A DNA stretch of 64,000 nt from NCBI GenBank assembly GCA_965240325.2, contig OZ251231.1, positions 1,612,001-1,676,000 on the forward strand, read 5' to 3'. A model generated the notes under the pieces. It did not search any database. It was not told the origin of the DNA and saw only the letters and a list, made by a program, of their open reading frames with translations. The position numbers and the translations under genes were made by a program. Shown piece by piece: positions 58,701 to 64,000 of this stretch (positions within the stretch are counted from its first letter, which is position 1; each line of letters opens with the position of its first letter). Source of the DNA: Rebecca billardiae RCC1528. Lineage: Eukaryota; Protista; Haptophyta.

Positions 58701-59022
58701 CGGCGCCGGCGCCGGCGCAGGCGCGCAGGCGGGCGTGGCGCACTGGCCGTGCGCGGACCCCGAGACGAGGGCGCAGAACGGTCGCAGCAGCGGCGCGGCT
58801 GAGCACGACGCTGCAGGTGCGGGCGTGGGGGCTGGGGCTGCAGCTGTGCCGGACGCGCAGTCACCGGTGACGCAGCCAGCACCGCCATCACACGGCGAGG
58901 ATATCGCCCTGGGCACGGGCCCCAGCCGCAACGGCCACGGGCTGGGACCTCCCACACCCGGCTCAAGCAGGCAGCTGCGCTCGCGCCCATCCTCGGTGCC
59001 GTTGGCAGCTTCCCATTCCTGA
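55715..59022 (+). CDS. SET + JmjN + JmjC (degenerate Fe site) + C5HC2 zinc finger fusion; exons 55715-56372, 56518-58358, 58558-59022
   Basis: SET: GLGLRC..EFVGEV, NKARFAND, ELRYSYG. JmjN: PTLRPTAEEFVDP..GLFKIVPP. JmjC: PWDLSKLP, GVTAP..GMLF, WFGVP, LVQREGE. Zinc finger: CAYCHSL..CRAC..CLAC..CDC. Introns splice in frame. Confidence 0.85.
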
Positions 59023-59957
59023 CTTGCTGCCCATATGTGTGCGCGGCCTCGGCTGACAGTGTGCTGCGTCGGTTCATCAGGGTCAGGGAGCGGCTGATTG
59101 CGAGTGGGCACGCCATCACGGCCATCAGAAATGCCGACGCCACGGACTTCAAATAATTGCGCTCGATATATATATATATTAATTATACGACGCTATTTTA
59201 TAACCCGGGGTGCCCGACCCGCACTGGGGCTCGGATAACGACTGATCACAGCAGCGCTGACTCGATGATTGATGACAGATGAGTGATCTATCGTGATCGT
59301 CGGCCAATTCAGTGTATTCGGCCATCGTGATGAGTCCGTGATCGTCAGGGCTGAGGCGGTCTGCCGCCCCGTGCTGACGATATATCAGAATCGTCGTCGA
59401 TATACATCATCGTCGCGTATATATCGCGATCGTCTAGCGCAGCTGCCGGCTAGTCTCAGCGCGCGCTGGCTGCTGGGTGAGTGAGTCTGGGTCTTCTGCT
59501 GTCTGCACGTGCCGCGCATTAAATTTAATCGCCGCCAATGATTGATGCGCGCACGCCATACAGCATCATAGTCATATACTCATCCGGCGCCCGGCGCTCA
59601 CAGACTACTGAGACTAGTACTGCTACTACGACTGCGGGAGCACCGCGGGCCGCCGCTGGCCACGCCACCAGTCGCAGTGCGCGCCGCCGCGGCCCGCCGC
59701 CATGTGATGATCATGTGTCTCTGACCGAGCGACGGTCCCGGTCGGCATGGCAGAGCCGCAGGCTGAGGCTCCCCCGCGCAGCCCGGACTGCGCTCCACCA
59801 ACGGCGAGCGGGGTGCATCCCCTCGCCCGCACACCGCGCGTCGCCCAAGCTGCGCGCCCGCGCAGCGTCGCACCGGCGCCCCGCCGGGCCCGCGCGCTCC
59901 CCAGCAGCAACGCCGTCGCCGCCGACCGCCGCGCGCGCGCTCGCCGGTGCCGTCCGC

Positions 59958-61133
59958 TCAGCCGCGCCCGGCCTCGGTCGCCCGCGCTGCGGCGCGCGGC
60001 GCGCGGCACGCGAGCCGCAGCCTCTCCTCCGGGATTGCGTCCACGCGCATCAGCACCGGCCCGGGCGTGCAGTTGTACCGCCGCCACATGTCCAGCCCGG
60101 CGCTGCCCTCCTCCATGCACGGGTTGGGCCGCACCTTGCCCACCCGGCTGGGCGCGGCGCCGCCCTTGGCCTTGCGCGCGCTCGCGTTGCCGGCAAACGC
60201 GCGCACGAGGGCGCGCTCGTCCGGCTCCATGCTCCGCAGCGCGCGCGCGTCGGGCACCGCCCGCTCCAGGTGGTACCCCGCCTGCGTGTCGTCGATCGCC
60301 GCCACGCACTCCGCGCAGTACTTTGCGAAGCAGGGCGTGTAGCCGCAGCCGCCCACGTTGGCGCGGTCGAGCAGCGACGCGAGGCACGTCCACGCGCGGC
60401 GCTCGAAGAGGGTGGCGTGCCACTCGATGCTGGGTATGCGGCGGACGCACCGCCCTTTCGTCACGTCGCGCATCGCCGGGTACAGCGGCTCGCCGCCGTT
60501 GATCGCCGGCGAGATCAGGCTGGCGCCGACCGCGCGCATCGAGTGCAGCAGCCGCGGCACGCTCACGCGCAGCGCGCCCGAGCGCGGGATGAGCAGGTCG
60601 TCGAGGAGGAGGAGGATGTGCTCGTAGCGCGAGACCACGGCGGGCCGGAGGTAGTGCAAGAACTCGCCCCACAGCCGGCCGCTCGCCTGGAAGATCCCGA
60701 CGCCGCCGCCTGCGCGCACGAGCCGCGCGTCGGCGTCAAGTGCGTCTCGCAGCACCTCGCCGTTCGCGTACGCAAAGACGACGCGCTCCCACGCGGAGCC
60801 GTCGGCGAAGTGGGAGGCGAGGTTGGCCCGCACGACGGGCGTCGCGCTCACCCGCCCGTACGCGCTCACCACCACCAGCCGCCGCGCCGGCGAGGCCGCG
60901 CGGCCGTTGCGGCTGAGCAGCGCGTCAAACTGCGCCACCTCCGCCTCGAGCCCGCCGGACGCGACGACCAGCGCCGTGAGCTCGGCGAAGGCGGGGCCCG
61001 TCGGGGGCGGCGTCTCGGGCTTCCCGCCACTCACCAGCGGCACGGCGCGCGGCGCGAGCAGCAGCTGCAGGGCGGCGCTCCACGAGGCGAGGCGGGGCCG
61101 CCGCCCGCCGCGCGATGCTGTGCACGCCGCCAT
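59958..61133 (-). CDS. DUF707-like putative glycosyltransferase
   Basis: FLHYLRPAVVSRYEHILLLLDDL, LISPAI, IEWHATLFERRAWTC, AAIDD..H. Confidence 0.65.
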   Translation of the reverse strand: MAACTASRGGRRPRLASWSAALQLLLAPRAVPLVSGGKPETPPPTGPAFAELTALVVASGGLEAEVAQFDALLSRNGRAASPARRLVVVSAYGRVSATPVVRANLASHFADGSAWERVVFAYANGEVLRDALDADARLVRAGGGVGIFQASGRLWGEFLHYLRPAVVSRYEHILLLLDDLLIPRSGALRVSVPRLLHSMRAVGASLISPAINGGEPLYPAMRDVTKGRCVRRIPSIEWHATLFERRAWTCLASLLDRANVGGCGYTPCFAKYCAECVAAIDDTQAGYHLERAVPDARALRSMEPDERALVRAFAGNASARKAKGGAAPSRVGKVRPNPCMEEGSAGLDMWRRYNCTPGPVLMRVDAIPEERLRLACRAPRAAARATEAGRG

Positions 61134-61159
61134 CACTGGTGACAGTTGGCGGGCGTCAA

Positions 61160-61206
61160 TCTCGCCTGCCTGAGCTGTGTGCGTCTCTTATTCTTAGTAA
61201 ACTGTA
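61160..61206 (+). repeat. Family A repeat copy
   Basis: Reverse complement of 301-347. Confidence 0.8.
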
Positions 61207-62418
61207 CAATATTGTAGGCCGGGCGCAGGCGGCCATTTTTGATTTTTCCAGGCTTTCTCACGAATTAAAATTGTTTAAAGCTGATGTGTTCGTCATCACC
61301 AGAATTCTTAGTAAACTGTTACAAAGTATATATTTACCGACGTGGCAGCATCGGACAAGCGTCAGGCTCAGAGTGCAACAGACACATAGAATGCGTCCGC
61401 GCCTTCCGTCCAGGTCAGACAGTGCGCCACCCGCAGCCCTGCCCCCCTACGGGAGCGGGGCCGGGATGGAGCACCGCCTCGGCCTGGGGCACGCGGCGGC
61501 GACGGCAGATGCCGCCGCGGCCGAGCGCCTTCCGGAGCACTTGGATGAGGGTGAGGTCGTAGTCGATGTCGCCGCCCGCCGACCTAGCGGCGAGCAGCTC
61601 CGGCAAGCGGCAGCCGCGGCTGTCGCCCCCGTGCGCCCGCGTGGGCGCCTGGATGAGGATGAGGTCGTAGTACGCGTCGCCGCGCGCCGGCCAAGCGGCG
61701 CGCAGCTGCAGAAGAGGGGCTTGGAGAGTGAGCGCGCCGCCTAGCGCGCTCTGGGCGATGAAGCAGATGAGGTGGTAGTCGATGTCGCAGCCCAGCCCGC
61801 CGGCGGGCTGCTGCAGATGCAGTGCTTGATGCTGGGGAACCTGGCCCCTGGGCGCGTCACACCCCGCACCCCCTGCCCCACCTAGGGTGGAGCGAAGGGC
61901 ACGGAGGAGGCCAGCGCCAAGGGCCAGATGGGTGCAGCGGCGTCCACCTGCTGCATCGCCCCCCGAGGCGATGCAGCCGGCGGCCGGCTGGAGAAAGAGG
62001 GTGCCAGTGCCTATCCCGGACCCGCTGCGTGTGGTTGATCTCCGCGTGCACGTGCCAGCGCAGAGCAGTCGAATCGAACGTCGCGGGGTCAGCTGGCGAC
62101 CCGCGCGCTCGGCCCGCCCGCCGCGAGAATATATATATATATTGTACGGCCGTTGGACTCTGGCCTCTGCAGGGTGCGGACTCATGAACAGCCACACATG
62201 ACACAGGCACAGCGGAGGGGCTGCGGAGGCGGCTGCCTGCCCGGCCGGTGCCCCCACCACCGGGCCTTGGTGTGACTCAGGGCCAGGCGGCTGGCCCGGC
62301 CGGCGTGGCGGCCCATGTCGGCTCCATCATGACTCGCAGCATCAAATCCGACTGCGCGTCGTCATGCCTCGCGCCATCAGCAACTTGCCACCTTGCGGGC
62401 TTCGAGGGACTACTCTCA

Positions 62419-64000
62419 TTACTCCCGGCGGCGGGGCACGAGCCGGCGCTGGCCCCGTAGCCGCCGCGTGCGCCGCCGCCGCCTGCTGCGCCGCGCGTCG
62501 TCGTCGCCGCCGTGCAGGAAGAGCGCCTCGTTGAGCGGCGAGAGCGCCGTCTCGCGCGTCAGCGCGAGCGTGTCGTTGAGCTCAGCCGCGTCGAGGCCAG
62601 CCGGCCGGAGGTCAGCAGCGCTGGGCTGGGACTGCGCCGTAGGCTGCGCGCTGAGGTGGACAAAGACGGCGAGGGTGCCGCCGTCGCTCGGCGCCGTCTC
62701 GCCCTCGCGCAGCGCGCGCAGCCCCACGCGGCCGCGTGCGTCCGTCGCGGGCACCAGCCGCGTGAAGAGCGAGTAGACCAGGCTGTACTGCGGCCGGCCG
62801 ACGAAGTCGCGCACAGCGACCAGCGCGCCGCGCCGCGCGTGTGAGAACGTCTCGAGCGCGCAGCGCACGCGCAGCCGGCCGTCGATGAGCACCACGTCCG
62901 CCTCGCGCAGCCGCGCGCCGAGCGCGCGCACGTACGCGCGCGCCAGCGCGGCGGGGTCCGGCGCCGCCTCGGCCGCCCGCCCCGGGCGCGCGGCCGCGCC
63001 GCCCGCACGCGGCTGGATCGGGTGGTACCGGCGCAGCAGCGGCAGCGGCAGCGCGGCCGAGACGCGCGCGAGGTCTGCGCCCGCCGAGTCCACCGAGTAC
63101 ACGCTCGCGGGCGTCGAGCTGAGCACGAGGTAGCTGCTGCCGCCCGAGCCCCACTCGGCGAACAGCGCGCCCGGGTGGTCGAGCCACTGCCGCACGAGCA
63201 GCACGAACGTGCGCAGGTCGGCGGCCGCCATGCGCGGCGCGAGCGGCGCGGCGCGCGCCGCCTGCAGCGCGGCCTCGAGCTCGGCGCCCTCGAGCGGCGG
63301 CGGTGCCGTCCACGCGCCGGGCGCGGGTGTGTCCGCAGGCTCGGCCTGCCCGCCGCGCTGCCGCGCACGGCGCGCCCGGCGCACCGCCCACTTGCTCAGC
63401 ATGCCGCCGAGCGGGCAGCGGCCGGGCTGCGCGCCGCCCGGCTTGGGCCGCTTCGCAAGGCCGCGCTCGCACCTGCGCGGGCGTGCGGTGTAGTTGTAGT
63501 AGTGCTCGGAGAGGCGCGTGCCCACGGCCTGCAGCGTGAGCTGCGGCCAGGCGTGCAGCGCGAGCAGCCGCTCCGTGTACACCGCGTCCATCACCAGGTT
63601 GTCCTTCCCCGTGTACACGCGCAGCCACGACGGCGCGTACGCCGGGTCGCCCACCGGCTGCCCCGCGCCCACCTCCGCTCGGTACGCGGCCGAGCAGTTG
63701 GACGGCGCCGGCTGCGCGAACGCGGGGCTGCGCAGCGTGCCGTGGTACAGCTCGAGGTAGCGGCCGGTGACGCGCGCGAGGCGCGACGCCCCCGCCGGGC
63801 TGACCAGCAGCCCGTGCGCGCACAGCGGCTTGCGCGCGCGGAAGAGGTGCAGCGCCGCACCCGCCGCGCCGCCGCCGCCGTCGTGCACGCGCCAGCAGCG
63901 CTCGACCGCCCAGAGCCACTCGAAGCACGAGCCGAGGAAGACGAGGTCGACGGCGCACGCGCGCGCGAGCGCGTCGATCCGCGCGATGTGCGCGTCGAAC
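62419..64000 (-). CDS. GT25-like glycosyltransferase + class I SAM methyltransferase-like fusion (5' end outside window)
   Basis: Frame open to the window end: DLVFLGSC..PLCAHGLLVSPAGA; then FAEWGSGGSS, VYSVDS, DVVLIDGRLRVRC, RDFVGRPQY. Confidence 0.68.
   Translation of the reverse strand, partial: FDAHIARIDALARACAVDLVFLGSCFEWLWAVERCWRVHDGGGGAAGAALHLFRARKPLCAHGLLVSPAGASRLARVTGRYLELYHGTLRSPAFAQPAPSNCSAAYRAEVGAGQPVGDPAYAPSWLRVYTGKDNLVMDAVYTERLLALHAWPQLTLQAVGTRLSEHYYNYTARPRRCERGLAKRPKPGGAQPGRCPLGGMLSKWAVRRARRARQRGGQAEPADTPAPGAWTAPPPLEGAELEAALQAARAAPLAPRMAAADLRTFVLLVRQWLDHPGALFAEWGSGGSSYLVLSSTPASVYSVDSAGADLARVSAALPLPLLRRYHPIQPRAGGAAARPGRAAEAAPDPAALARAYVRALGARLREADVVLIDGRLRVRCALETFSHARRGALVAVRDFVGRPQYSLVYSLFTRLVPATDARGRVGLRALREGETAPSDGGTLAVFVHLSAQPTAQSQPSAADLRPAGLDAAELNDTLALTRETALSPLNEALFLHGGDDDARRSRRRRRTRRLRGQRRLVPRRRE

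Overview
GC-rich eukaryotic nuclear DNA with short GT-AG introns and a bipartite plastid-targeting presequence on one gene. This is consistent with a haptophyte-like alga (inference). About 19 intact or edge-truncated protein-coding genes are interleaved with dense, partly nested mobile DNA. Genes: cardiolipin synthase-like enzyme, ascorbate peroxidase, CGFS glutaredoxin, two near-identical EamA/DMT transporters flanking an intronless bacterial-type GlnT/GmaS ligase, a divergent glutamate-cysteine-ligase-family enzyme, an adenylate kinase + alpha/beta-hydrolase fusion, several glycan-modifying enzymes, a TPR co-chaperone and a SET + JmjN + JmjC + C5HC2 fusion whose JmjC lacks its iron-binding histidines. 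Mobile DNA: three Helentron/Helitron2-like non-autonomous elements with different cargo (one holds a LINE fragment and a TG..TA Copia element), two tandem ~1.5 kb TTAA-flanked foldback elements, two related TAG-ended elements with 7-bp TSDs, P-like, Tc1/mariner-like and piggyBac-like MITEs, a putative solo LTR inside a (TA)n tract, a decayed RNase H-bearing LINE, and short retroposons sharing a 3' AAACTGTA end, including a tRNA-derived SINE. The strongest candidates for new biology are the SET/pseudo-demethylase fusion, the gamma-glutamyl ligase + transporter neighbourhood, the ADK-hydrolase fusion and the cargo-carrying Helentron family. All calls are from motif reading only; no database searches were run.
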